Shown piece after piece: positions 28,821 to 38,202 of a stretch of DNA of 64,000 bases. Position numbers and translations under genes: made by a program. The stretch is from a virus, in IMG/VR virus record IMGVR_UViG_3300045988_182790. One strand, given 5' to 3'. Below the pieces are notes generated by a model. The model had not been told where the DNA came from, did no database searches, and was given only the letters and a program-made list of their open reading frames with translations. Positions within the stretch are counted from its first letter, which is position 1. The number at the start of each line of letters is the position of its first letter.

Positions 28821-29519
28821 TTACTTCACGTCAATGTCTACTGGATTTTCAAGTTTCAATAAATCATCTCTGTGTTCGACGAGTGCAGCGCTCGCGATGG
28901 AATTTACTTTATTTTGGCAGAAAGCTTCAATTTCGCCTTTTGCTTCCATAACTGTTTTATCCATCTGCTCATTGAACTGGTCAGCAATAAAATCCATATT
29001 GCATCCAATATCCATACTCAGTTTTGATAATTTACTAAGTATTTCTTGTCTATCTGCTTTTGTTAAATTCTTTTTCTGTTCAAACATTTCAGATACAGAA
29101 TTAATAAGTTCCTGAGACTGCTCGGTGATTTTCTTACGTTTTTGCTTAAATTCATCAGTAAACTGTTCTCTCTTGCTCACAAAATCACAAGGAGGAATTT
29201 TACCATCCTTTTCTGTCCAGCGAATAGTAACAGGAACTCCACTTCCCATATTCATAGAAGTAATTGCTTCTGCGAACTGTGAATAACTCATTTCTACTTC
29301 TGCAATTACTTTGTTTCCACAAACATGGTCTTCATGCAACCCCCTTGTAACATTTGCATGATACAATGTCATTGCAATTGTATCTCTGTGTTCAATGCTA
29401 CTTCCAAATAAAGGTGTCGCTCCACCTGTCCTTCTACTAAAAGCCAATGTTCCATAACTCGGATGGCTTGTCTTTGTACCAAACTGTGTTTCTTCTGTTT
29501 TATAATTATTGTCTGCCAT
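28821..29519 (-). CDS. hypothetical protein (232 aa)
   Basis: Intact ORF. Its promoter/leader (29520-29585) and first codons (MADNN) are duplicated at 17584-17645 in front of the UvrD C-terminal part (MAKNN). Confidence 0.5.
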   Translation of the reverse strand: MADNNYKTEETQFGTKTSHPSYGTLAFSRRTGGATPLFGSSIEHRDTIAMTLYHANVTRGLHEDHVCGNKVIAEVEMSYSQFAEAITSMNMGSGVPVTIRWTEKDGKIPPCDFVSKREQFTDEFKQKRKKITEQSQELINSVSEMFEQKKNLTKADRQEILSKLSKLSMDIGCNMDFIADQFNEQMDKTVMEAKGEIEAFCQNKVNSIASAALVEHRDDLLKLENPVDIDVK

Positions 29520-29590
29520 ATTCTTTTCCTCCTTTAATGTATTTTTTATTTATATGACGATATAAATATGAAATTTGAATGTATGTGAAC

Positions 29591-30199
29591 TTATTTAACT
29601 AACATATCGCTAATATTTTTGGCATTTTCTAAACCAAGTTCAGATAATTTATTCATTTGCTCTTTAGTTAAAACATAATTACCACCAACATATACTGCAT
29701 ATTTATTATCTTTATTATAAGGACTATATATCTTGCACCAACCATGTTCTTCGAGATATTTTTCTGGATTATTAGTTTCAAATTGTCCAAAACAAATATC
29801 ATATGCTAATGAATGATGTCCTTGATAATCACAATGAAAATATCTGCCATCTGGAGAAATAAAACCAAATAGAGAATTATGCTTAAAATCTTCTTCCTTT
29901 TCAATTTTATGTGCAAGTTCAGTAGCTTCTTCGTGTTTTGGAAGTTCTGTTTGAGGTCTATTATATTCTTCAAAAAATTCCCAAATACTTTGACTAGCAT
30001 CATTATGAGCTTCTTGCCATATCCATATAACACCAAACATAAGACCTTCTGCTGGAATAGCAAATATGGATGCTTTGTCTACATTTTTATTCATAAGAAT
30101 ATTTAATAATACTTCTTTGTCATTATCTCTATCAGACATTATCCATTTTTGAATATCATTTTCTTTATAACAATAAAGTGTTTTTGGTCGTCTTTTCAT
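29591..30199 (-). CDS. hypothetical protein (202 aa)
   Basis: Intact ORF, preceded by the boundary motif TAAACTGAACTTTAA. Confidence 0.45.
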   Translation of the reverse strand: MKRRPKTLYCYKENDIQKWIMSDRDNDKEVLLNILMNKNVDKASIFAIPAEGLMFGVIWIWQEAHNDASQSIWEFFEEYNRPQTELPKHEEATELAHKIEKEEDFKHNSLFGFISPDGRYFHCDYQGHHSLAYDICFGQFETNNPEKYLEEHGWCKIYSPYNKDNKYAVYVGGNYVLTKEQMNKLSELGLENAKNISDMLVK

Positions 30200-30229
30200 A
30201 TTTTTTTACCTTTTTCATTAAAGTTCAGT

Positions 30230-30421
30230 TTACCTATGTAATTCTTTTGCTCTTTCTTCGATATCTTTTCTTATTCCTAAATCGCCTATATCGTAAAGCA
30301 ATTTTTCTTCAAAATCATCAATAGCTTGATTGTATGCCTGTATTCTCGCATTACATTCATCACTAGCATAATCACATATGCATTTATTATTCATAGTACA
30401 CTGTTTGCATATAACTAGCAT
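30230..30421 (-). CDS. small Cys-rich protein (63 aa)
   Basis: CKQC...CICDYASDEC cluster. Confidence 0.4.
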   Translation of the reverse strand: MLVICKQCTMNNKCICDYASDECNARIQAYNQAIDDFEEKLLYDIGDLGIRKDIEERAKELHR

Positions 30422-30464
30422 TTATATACACCACCTTTTATCTATCATCTAATTTACTAAATCC

Positions 30465-30848
30465 TTAGTTTACCTGCTTTGCACAAATCTGCTCTGTCTG
30501 TTCTCGTGTGAGGAATACTGTTTTTCCGAAATCTGCAATATCAGGCTCAATTTCATCTAAACATTCACTCGGACAATCTCCAATAGGTACAGAATATGCA
30601 CTGCATTGATATGTGATATGTTCGTCTATGACAATACTATCTACTGTATATGACAAAATACCGAACTCACTACAATATGCATATACCGTATCTCCAACCT
30701 TACACGGAAGCTTAAGTAATAAACCCTGCTCTTCTGCATCCTCGTATTCAGCTAATTTTTTTGCTATATCATTCATTCCAAGTGTCTGTATTTTTTCGTT
30801 TGGAATAAACGGTGTTCCATCAGAATAATTTTGAGTTATTCTATTCAT
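30465..30848 (-). CDS. hypothetical protein (127 aa)
   Basis: Intact ORF whose stop lies inside GTAAACTAAGGATTTA. Confidence 0.45.
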   Translation of the reverse strand: MNRITQNYSDGTPFIPNEKIQTLGMNDIAKKLAEYEDAEEQGLLLKLPCKVGDTVYAYCSEFGILSYTVDSIVIDEHITYQCSAYSVPIGDCPSECLDEIEPDIADFGKTVFLTREQTEQICAKQVN

Positions 30849-31205
30849 GTTTTGTCTCCTAACGTCTAATTTAGCATTTATAAGTTTATATATTTTTATC
30901 CATCAATGTATCGTATTCAGATGGACTCATTTCTGATAGAATACTTTTTAAAAAATTGCATTTTTCGGTAAAAGGGCAAACTTCGCAATCCTTTTGGTTG
31001 GTCTATTTTTACACTCTTCAACTAAATTCTTTACTTTCATGTAATTCCTTTCTGCCCAAGTGGGCTAAATCCTAATTTTAGAGTTATTTTAATTTTCTGC
31101 TACTTTTATAATTTCAATTTATTTATACATTAATATAGTAGATATATATAAAAATTTATCCAATAAAAAACAGAGATAGTTTTATCTACCTCTGCTTTTT
31201 TGTTC

Positions 31206-32786
31206 TTAGGAGAAATCTTCTTTATTATCGGTATTCTTTTTTGATACTGCTGGCTGTTTTGCTTCTGGCAGTTCAACCTTTACTTCATCAGGAATGCCAT
31301 TTACAGTGATGTTTTTGTTTACCTTGGCATCATATGTATTGGCTTTCATAATCTCTGTAAAATCAACACCTGTCGCCTCGGACATTGTATCGAAAATCTG
31401 TTTCATTACAACTGGAACGTTGTTTGAGATACCAGTAACCCCGCCGTCTCCAGTTCCACCACCATAAATTGATACATTATCAATAGATGCAAGTGGTTTT
31501 GCAATTTCTGCCGCCATTTGTGGCATGATGTTTACAATCATTTCTACCATAGCCGCGCCTGTATACTTCTTGTAAGCTTCGGCCTTCTTTTCCATCGCCT
31601 CTGCCTCAGCAAGTCCCTTCGCCTCGATAGCTTTAGCTTCTGCTTCACCGACTGCAGCAATACCTTCTGCCTCGGCACGTTTTACAGCAAGGATTCCTTC
31701 GGCTTCTTTTTTCTTTGCCTCTTTTTCAGCATCAGCCTTGATTTTTCTCACTTCGGCATCTTTTTGCTGTTCGTACTTATCGGCATCTGCCTGTCTCTGC
31801 TTCTCGATAAGTTCAGCTTCGGCTTCCTGCTGACGACGATATTTTTCAGCATCAGCTTTCTTTTTAATCTCCGCATTAAGAGTCTGCTCCATAACTTCTG
31901 CCTCTTTCTGGCGAAGCTCTACGGTACGTTCCTGCTGAGCAATATCAGCATTTACTCTTGTTGCTTCGATAGTTTTTCTCTGTTCCTCTTCCTGAATCTG
32001 ATAAGCCGCATCTGCAATAGCTTTCTTTGTATCAGATTCCTGCTTTAATTCTGCCTGTTTTATAGCGAGTTCATTCTGTTTTGCAGCAATCTCTGTTTCA
32101 GCCGCAACTCTCGCATCATTTGCCTCTTTTTCAGCCTGTGCTCTTGCAATAGCGACGTCTCTGTCAGCATTTGCTTTTGCGATGGAAGCATTTTTGCTAA
32201 TCTGAGCAACATTATCAATACCCATATTAACAATGACATCATCATTGTCTGAGAAATTCTGAACATTGAAAGATTTTATACTAAGACCCATTCGTTTTAA
32301 ATCTGGTTCTGCATTCTGAGTGACCAATTCACCGAATTTCTGACGGTCAGTAACCATTTCCTGTAGGTGCATTCTACCGACAATCTCTCTCATGTTGCCT
32401 TCAAGCACTTCTCTTGCAATGTTTCCAATTGCCTGAGGTGGTAAATTAAGGAAATTTCGTGCAGCGGTTTCAAGCATTGCTGGGTCATCAGCTTCTACTT
32501 GTACATTGACGTTTGCATCAACCATAATATTAATATAATCAGCTGTTGGTACTGGTGAAGATGTTGTAACTTCAACTGGAATAAGTTTCAATGACAGCTT
32601 GTCTTTCTTTTCCAGAAATGGAATTTTAACTCCAGCTCTTCCGATTAACACCTTGGGCTTTTTTCTTAATCCAGTAATAATAAATGCTTCATCTGTTGAA
32701 GCTTTTACATACCCACTTGCAAGAATAATTGCTAATAAAATTACCGCGACGGCGATAATAAAAACTACAGGACTAATAAAATTCAT
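31206..32786 (-). CDS. flotillin-like SPFH/band-7 membrane protein
   Basis: N-terminal TM helix, SPFH-like core, and a long A/E/K-rich coiled-coil (AEKEA...KAIEAKGLAEAEA) typical of YqiK/FloT flotillins. Confidence 0.75.
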   Translation of the reverse strand: MNFISPVVFIIAVAVILLAIILASGYVKASTDEAFIITGLRKKPKVLIGRAGVKIPFLEKKDKLSLKLIPVEVTTSSPVPTADYINIMVDANVNVQVEADDPAMLETAARNFLNLPPQAIGNIAREVLEGNMREIVGRMHLQEMVTDRQKFGELVTQNAEPDLKRMGLSIKSFNVQNFSDNDDVIVNMGIDNVAQISKNASIAKANADRDVAIARAQAEKEANDARVAAETEIAAKQNELAIKQAELKQESDTKKAIADAAYQIQEEEQRKTIEATRVNADIAQQERTVELRQKEAEVMEQTLNAEIKKKADAEKYRRQQEAEAELIEKQRQADADKYEQQKDAEVRKIKADAEKEAKKKEAEGILAVKRAEAEGIAAVGEAEAKAIEAKGLAEAEAMEKKAEAYKKYTGAAMVEMIVNIMPQMAAEIAKPLASIDNVSIYGGGTGDGGVTGISNNVPVVMKQIFDTMSEATGVDFTEIMKANTYDAKVNKNITVNGIPDEVKVELPEAKQPAVSKKNTDNKEDFS

Positions 32787-33016
32787 GTTTTTTTATTCCT
32801 CTCTTTTTTACTTTAATCGGTGTTATTTATTTTTTATTTTTATTTTTTGCTCAGCTCTTGGGCGACTTGCAGACAGCCATTCAAGGCTAGAATATATGTT
32901 TTTACCCATATAAAATCCTTTCATTTTGTTTGTTATGTTATGATAGTGGGCAAAAATTGGATTTTGTTTTAAAAAAAATAGCAAGAAATGTAAAAACATC
33001 TCTTGCTATTTTCGTT

Positions 33017-34372
33017 TTACACTAATCTATTGATGCCCTCTTTTGCAAGCGGACTTCTTACCGACTCAGAATTATCAAATGTAATCTGAGCACACAATTT
33101 GGAACCCTTCATCTTTTCTGCCGCAAAAACTAATCCATTATTCCATTTATCCAGTACTGGATTATCTATCTGATTAGGGTCTCCGCAGATAACAACTTTT
33201 GTTCCCTGTCCAGCTCTTGTAATAATATCTCTTATCTGAGAGCGTGTTGCATTCTGAGTTTCATCTACTATCAAATAACTGTTTGTAATAGAACGTCCCC
33301 TCATGTATGCTAAAGGACAGATTTCGATAATGCCAGTTTCAAACATATCCTCTATTTGCATCTGTATTTCTCGATTGTCTATATCCTTATTTTTACTACG
33401 AATAATTGATTGTAAATTATCGTAGAACGGAGCCATTAATGGGTTCATCTTCTCTTCCAAATCGCCTGGCAAATAACCAAAATCTGCATCGGCCATAACA
33501 TTATTTCGAGAAATAAGTATTCTGTCGTAAGAACGTTCCTTTTTACTGTTGTATACTTGGTCTAGTCCGCCAACCAATGAGAGGAAAGTTTTTGAAGTAC
33601 CTGCATTTCCCCTTAAAATAACAAAAGGTATTTCATCAACTGGAGCTAATAATGCGTGTAATGCAAAGTGTTGTGCAACATTTTTAGGTGTAATTCCGAA
33701 GGAATGAGTTTTCTTTGAGTCGATTAAGTTGATATTTCCGTTTTGATATATTCCTAAAAGCGACTGGTTGCCACATTTTATAGTAAGAAATTCATTCTCA
33801 ATGAAAGGTGGCTTCACATCATCAAACTCTCTAAGCTCAAGTGTTTTTTCTTTTACCAATTTTTCCATTGCAGCATAATTGTTTGTCTCAACAATTCTTC
33901 TGCCAAGATATGTTTCTTTATCAGAGGCTATTCTGTCATTTTTGTATGCCTGAACATTTTGATTTAATCCGCAGGCAGAAGCGTTTATTCGCATTGAAAT
34001 ATCGTTTGTTACTAAGATAACATTTTCGTCAGGATTATTTGCTTTTGCAAAAAGTGTTGTTCCAATAATTTGATTATCTGGCTTTTCTTTGCTATAGCTT
34101 GCTGGGAGAATTGATGTATCAGACTGTAAAATCATAAACTTTCCACCATTATCAAGCTCAACACCAGTGGTTAAATCTCCCTTTTCTCTTATTGCCTCAA
34201 GTAGTCTACAAGTCTCTCTTGCATTAAAACCAATATCATTGTGCAAATTCTTTTTTGAATCAAGTTCCTGCAGAGTTGTTGTTGTGATTGCAACGGTATT
34301 GTCTGCAAAACCAAAGATTGCATTTGGTGACTCTAGCAAAATGTTTGTGTCAAGAATGTAAGTTTTCTTCAT
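33017..34372 (-). CDS. PhoH2-type protein (N-terminal PIN domain + PhoH-like ATPase)
   Basis: PIN-like N-terminus (YILDTNILLE). Walker A RGNAGTSKT, Walker B LIVDETQN, and C-terminal KH-like region. Confidence 0.8.
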   Translation of the reverse strand: MKKTYILDTNILLESPNAIFGFADNTVAITTTTLQELDSKKNLHNDIGFNARETCRLLEAIREKGDLTTGVELDNGGKFMILQSDTSILPASYSKEKPDNQIIGTTLFAKANNPDENVILVTNDISMRINASACGLNQNVQAYKNDRIASDKETYLGRRIVETNNYAAMEKLVKEKTLELREFDDVKPPFIENEFLTIKCGNQSLLGIYQNGNINLIDSKKTHSFGITPKNVAQHFALHALLAPVDEIPFVILRGNAGTSKTFLSLVGGLDQVYNSKKERSYDRILISRNNVMADADFGYLPGDLEEKMNPLMAPFYDNLQSIIRSKNKDIDNREIQMQIEDMFETGIIEICPLAYMRGRSITNSYLIVDETQNATRSQIRDIITRAGQGTKVVICGDPNQIDNPVLDKWNNGLVFAAEKMKGSKLCAQITFDNSESVRSPLAKEGINRLV

Positions 34373-34388
34373 AAAGTGTGTCCTTTCT

Positions 34389-34595
34389 TTAGTCTATATC
34401 TTCCACGTCTTTATCGTAGTAAGGGTTCCAATCGCTTTCGTCTTCTGACTGCGAAAAAATATCATCGAGCGTGGCTTCGATTATCTTTTTGTGGATTTTG
34501 TATGCTAAAACTCCGACAACAGTTCCGCCGATTAAGGAACCAGTTAACAATGCGACAGATTTCTTCATAAAATGTCTCCTTTCTTTTTGTCCCAA
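34389..34595 (-). CDS. small membrane protein (68 aa)
   Basis: Single TM helix LLTGSLIGGTVVGVLAY with an acidic tail. Confidence 0.35.
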   Translation of the reverse strand: MGQKERRHFMKKSVALLTGSLIGGTVVGVLAYKIHKKIIEATLDDIFSQSEDESDWNPYYDKDVEDID

Positions 34596-34852
34596 TAATC
34601 TTTCATCCTTTTTGCGGCATCTTCTCTTTGTTCATCTGTCATCTCATGTGAATTTGTAAAGAGATGTAAATACTTGAGAGGCATATGTGCAACAATACAT
34701 TTGCCGCCATTGTCAGCAAGAATATCAATATCCTCTGGATGTTCTTTTTGTAGATTAATAACTTTATTTCTCCATTTTTCCTGAGAAAAGGTTACTGTTA
34801 TAGTTTGAGTGCCTGTAATCCACTCGATGACATTCTCTTTTATATCTGTCAT
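34565..34852 (-). CDS. hypothetical protein (95 aa)
   Basis: Intact ORF overlapping its neighbours by a few codons. Confidence 0.4.
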   Translation of the reverse strand: MTDIKENVIEWITGTQTITVTFSQEKWRNKVINLQKEHPEDIDILADNGGKCIVAHMPLKYLHLFTNSHEMTDEQREDAAKRMKDYWDKKKGDIL

Positions 34853-35091
34853 GTACCAAACTCCTTTCGTAATTTTTCTATTAGTTCTTCTGCTTCATCT
34901 CCGTAGGCAACAATCTTTACAGGGTTCATAAGGTTTAGACTATATATCCCAAGAATGGAATGGCCATCTACAACATACTTGCCCTGAGATGCGTCTATGG
35001 AGCAGGTAAATTTGTTTACTATGTTTATGAACTCAGCTACTTTTTCAAATTGGTTGATGTAAATAACTGTTTCTGTATTTTTGTGTGTCAT
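34849..35091 (-). CDS. HPr/Crh-like phosphocarrier-fold protein lacking the His15 equivalent
   Basis: KYVVDGHSILGIYSL compares to HPr KSVNLKSIMGVMSLG (Ser46 region). VKIVAYGDEAEELIEKL compares to VTITVDGADEAEGMAAI. No His in the N-terminal loop. Class-B motif CTATAGTGGGTAAA 17 nt upstream. Confidence 0.4.
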   Translation of the reverse strand: MTHKNTETVIYINQFEKVAEFINIVNKFTCSIDASQGKYVVDGHSILGIYSLNLMNPVKIVAYGDEAEELIEKLRKEFGT

Positions 35092-35129
35092 AAAAGTTCC
35101 TTTCTACTATAGTGGGTAAATTGGTTGTT

Positions 35130-36341
35130 CTATCTAACAGAAATTGACGGTATATCGCAAGAACAAATACAATACCGCTTATCTTCTGAAATAGTTCCAT
35201 TTGCAACATTCACTGCGTGTTTATCTATTGTTTTTTCATAAATGTTTCTTACTGTTCTTGCGTTGCCAAAATTTCTTTGCCTTTGTTCGTATTTCATTCT
35301 CTCAACAAATTCTTTTAGGTAATCCGTTGACACCTTATATCCGTTTGTATGAGCCAGCTTCAAAAACATTTCTTGGAAGTTTTTCATCGAATAATTTCCA
35401 AACCACAAATAATGTTTAATTCGAGAGGCGATGCCTGGATTGGAATTAATGAAATTTTTCATTTCCGTCTCATAGCCAGCAAAAATGAATACAATATCAT
35501 CTCTATGGTCTTCCATTTCTTTGATAAGTGTTGCTATTGCTTCATCTCCGCCACTTCCTGTAAGCAATGCGTAGGCCTCGTCAATAAACAAAACGCCCCC
35601 CATACTCTTTTGAATGAGCATAGATGTTTTCTTTGCGCTTTCGCCTACATACCTCCCCTTAAGAAAGTTTCCATCGACTTCAACACACTGATTTTTCCTA
35701 ATATATCCATTCTGATACAAAAATCCTGCCATAATACGAGCAACAGTTGTTTTTCCTGTGCCTGCTGGCCCCATAAAAATCATGCTCATCGAATCTGTTG
35801 GATGAAATTGTCCTTTACCGCCGTCATCTTTCCATTTTTGTTTTTCAAACTGCATCTTTGCAATCAGCTCATTCATCATTGTTTTGGTTTCTTCCAAACC
35901 GATTAATTTATCCAATTCTTCCTGCGGATTTTTAACACCTTCATGGGTGATTTTTCGCATTGTTGCAGAGTCTAATGTTTTTTCTGACTCCATCATGCGT
36001 TGACGCTCTATTACATCCCTATCTTTACCAGACATTTTTTTTAAGCTGTTGTACTTTTTACTGTTTCCATTTTCGTCATATTCAACTTCATCTCTAAGGC
36101 TTTGTCTTGACTTGGTTAATATTGGGTATAAAACTATTCCAGCAATGGCAAGCATTGAGAATAAGACAATATACAGTGTTGAAAAATCTCTTTGAATTTC
36201 TCCACTTGATGTAGTAAATCCGCCTAGTGTTCTTTCAGTTAGCAAAAAATACAGTGCTCCAACAATGCCGCCGATAATTGCAAGAATATCAAGAACTGAG
36301 CCAAGAATTACTGCGTAGTATTTAAGTTCTTTATTTGTCAT
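35130..36341 (-). CDS. membrane-anchored AAA+ ATPase of the SpoVK/CbbX family
   Basis: Two N-terminal TM helices. Walker A GPAGTGKTT, Walker B VLFIDEAYAL, and the SpoVK/CbbX-type C-terminal helical lid. Confidence 0.8.
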   Translation of the reverse strand: MTNKELKYYAVILGSVLDILAIIGGIVGALYFLLTERTLGGFTTSSGEIQRDFSTLYIVLFSMLAIAGIVLYPILTKSRQSLRDEVEYDENGNSKKYNSLKKMSGKDRDVIERQRMMESEKTLDSATMRKITHEGVKNPQEELDKLIGLEETKTMMNELIAKMQFEKQKWKDDGGKGQFHPTDSMSMIFMGPAGTGKTTVARIMAGFLYQNGYIRKNQCVEVDGNFLKGRYVGESAKKTSMLIQKSMGGVLFIDEAYALLTGSGGDEAIATLIKEMEDHRDDIVFIFAGYETEMKNFINSNPGIASRIKHYLWFGNYSMKNFQEMFLKLAHTNGYKVSTDYLKEFVERMKYEQRQRNFGNARTVRNIYEKTIDKHAVNVANGTISEDKRYCICSCDIPSISVR

Positions 36342-36356
36342 AAAAATATTCCTTTC

Positions 36357-36998
36357 TTAGAATGACAAACCGTCATATTCCTTTTGCATGGCAATAAATG
36401 ATTTTTCATCTCCGCAACCCATATCTGGATGAAAAGCTTTTGCAAGGGCTTTATATCTCCTATCAGCCTCTTCCTTTGTTTTGCATCCAGAAAAATAAGC
36501 GGAAGTAGGATTTGATTTAGAGGAATAGTTTTCAGTAAAGGTTTTTCTTTCTTCGTTTCCTTCATTTCTTTGGTATTCTGGAAAGATTTCATCCAGACTT
36601 TTTGTAAGATTTTTCATGGAAGACAACGCAACGGAAAGACTTTTCAGAGAATCCATGCAGTAAAAGTTATGTTCTATTTCAGATTTTGCATTGATGATTG
36701 TGTTTTCAGCGATTACTCTAAGGCGTTCATATTCTTCTTCTATATCTCCCAGCATTGACAAGGAATTAGAGTCACACATTCGTATACACTCATTTTTCTT
36801 GTTATTAAATTTGATTTCAAAAGTTTGAATAATATTGTTGTATTTATCTATGCAGTGATTTAGTTCATCAATATTTCTTTTTGCGTTCATATACTCTTCG
36901 TTTGAAGAGATATTTTTCTTTTGTTTTGGTTTTGTTGCAGTTAACAAAAATAATGCAGACATGACACAAATGACAATAAAAATATAAATTCCAACCAA
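36357..36998 (-). CDS. membrane-anchored J-domain (DnaJ-like) protein
   Basis: N-terminal TM helix (TTG start). C-terminal J-domain YKALAKAFHPDMG containing the HPD tripeptide. Confidence 0.65.
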   Translation of the reverse strand: MVGIYIFIVICVMSALFLLTATKPKQKKNISSNEEYMNAKRNIDELNHCIDKYNNIIQTFEIKFNNKKNECIRMCDSNSLSMLGDIEEEYERLRVIAENTIINAKSEIEHNFYCMDSLKSLSVALSSMKNLTKSLDEIFPEYQRNEGNEERKTFTENYSSKSNPTSAYFSGCKTKEEADRRYKALAKAFHPDMGCGDEKSFIAMQKEYDGLSF

Positions 36999-37074
36999 AA
37001 TAAATTCCTCACTTTTTTTATTTACAAAAAATATGAGATACAGAAAAACAGGATAAGAAATTTGCTATTTATTA

Positions 37075-37112
37075 CACAACATAATACAGTGCAATTTTCG
37101 TGCACTTTTTTG
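37075..37112. repeat. copy 1 (diverged) of 36-bp promoter-region repeat
   Basis: CACAACATAATACAGTGCA + hairpin AGTGCAattttcgTGCACT + T-run. Shares 19 nt with the copies at 38118 and 55791. Confidence 0.6.
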
Positions 37113-37220
37113 TTTGGTTTACATCCACATAGCATTTTTTGGCACTTTTTGTACTTAATTTGTTCTTAAATTTCATATTCCTTATACTGAACAATTTAAT
37201 ATTAAAAGGAGGAATTTATT

Positions 37221-37439
37221 ATGGTATTTTTCAAAAAGATTGAACAGGAAATTTCAAAGCCGCACATAAGGGCTGGGCTAAAACCTACAATTGAGCACGA
37301 ACTTCGCAAGATGACGGACACGAAAACTGATGCCGCCAGTGAACAATTCAAGAATCTTCTTATCACTTGGGGTTTTGCTGACAAGAATTTTGCTGTTACA
37401 AGGAAAGATTTGGAGCAAATACTCAAAATGATTGGATAA
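37221..37439 (+). CDS. small protein, paralog family S (72 aa)
   Basis: Paralog of 24503-24709. Promoter region AAATTTCATATTCCTTATA is shared. Confidence 0.5.
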   Translation: MVFFKKIEQEISKPHIRAGLKPTIEHELRKMTDTKTDAASEQFKNLLITWGFADKNFAVTRKDLEQILKMIG

Positions 37440-37440
37440 A

Positions 37441-37478
37441 CAAAAAGCGGAGGAGCATCGCCCTTCCGCTTTCTTTTT
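37441..37478. terminator. bidirectional terminator
   Basis: GCGGAGGagcatcgCCCTTCCGC followed by a T-run, between convergent genes. Confidence 0.5.
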
Positions 37479-37479
37479 G

Positions 37480-38049
37480 CTATTTATCACACATTTCTTT
37501 TATTGTTCCAGCATTTACAGATATATTTGTATAATATACAAGAGAATAAACAAGTATATTGTCATAATTTTCATTTTTTATTGCTTGCTTAGTTACCTCA
37601 AGAACATTTTTTGTAAATGCTATAAATTCTGCTATTGCATCCAACAAAGGAGTATTGTCCATTATATCAATAGGCACTAAGGTTAAATTTGTTTCTTCGT
37701 CTGTGTAACACTCAATTGTTGTTAATGTGTTTGCCAGAATAAGAATTGTATCAATAATGTTTTGCATTATTGTCACAATAATATTTTTATCTTGCACGTT
37801 TGACAAATCATTGTTAAGGCACTCTATTTTGCTTACAATAGAAGCTATATCTTCTAGCTTATCTTCTTTTTCTGGCAATCCTTGTTGCCAACGAAGCTTT
37901 TTCTCAGATGGTATATTTTCTGTATCTGTATCAGAAATCATTAATTTGATTCCATCAATAAAGTCTTCACCTGCTCCAGAAATATTGTTTATATCTTTTA
38001 GTTCGCTTTTGTGAAACTTTCTTTTAATTTCTTTTATCTTATCAGTCAT
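37480..38049 (-). CDS. paralog family L protein (189 aa)
   Basis: Shares KSELKDINNISGAGEDFIDGIKL and RWQQGLPE blocks with the 24726 and 57289 proteins. Confidence 0.5.
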   Translation of the reverse strand: MTDKIKEIKRKFHKSELKDINNISGAGEDFIDGIKLMISDTDTENIPSEKKLRWQQGLPEKEDKLEDIASIVSKIECLNNDLSNVQDKNIIVTIMQNIIDTILILANTLTTIECYTDEETNLTLVPIDIMDNTPLLDAIAEFIAFTKNVLEVTKQAIKNENYDNILVYSLVYYTNISVNAGTIKEMCDK

Positions 38050-38117
38050 ATTTTTGACACTCCTTTTATCATATCGTAGATAAAATTTGAAAAATATTCA
38101 AGAATTTTCATTTATAC

Positions 38118-38153
38118 ACACAACATAATACAGTGCAGATTTTTTGCGCTTTC
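38118..38153. repeat. copy 2 of 36-bp promoter-region repeat
   Basis: CACAACATAATACAGTGCAGATTTTTTGCGCTTTCT, identical over 36 nt to 55791-55826. Confidence 0.7.
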
Positions 38154-38164
38154 TTTTGTAAAAA

Positions 38165-38202
38165 AAATGGAGCTGTCTAAATGACAACTCCACTCCTTTT
38201 TG
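38165..38202. terminator. terminator after dnaE
   Basis: GGAGCTGTCtaaatGACAACTCC with T-runs on both strands. Confidence 0.5.
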
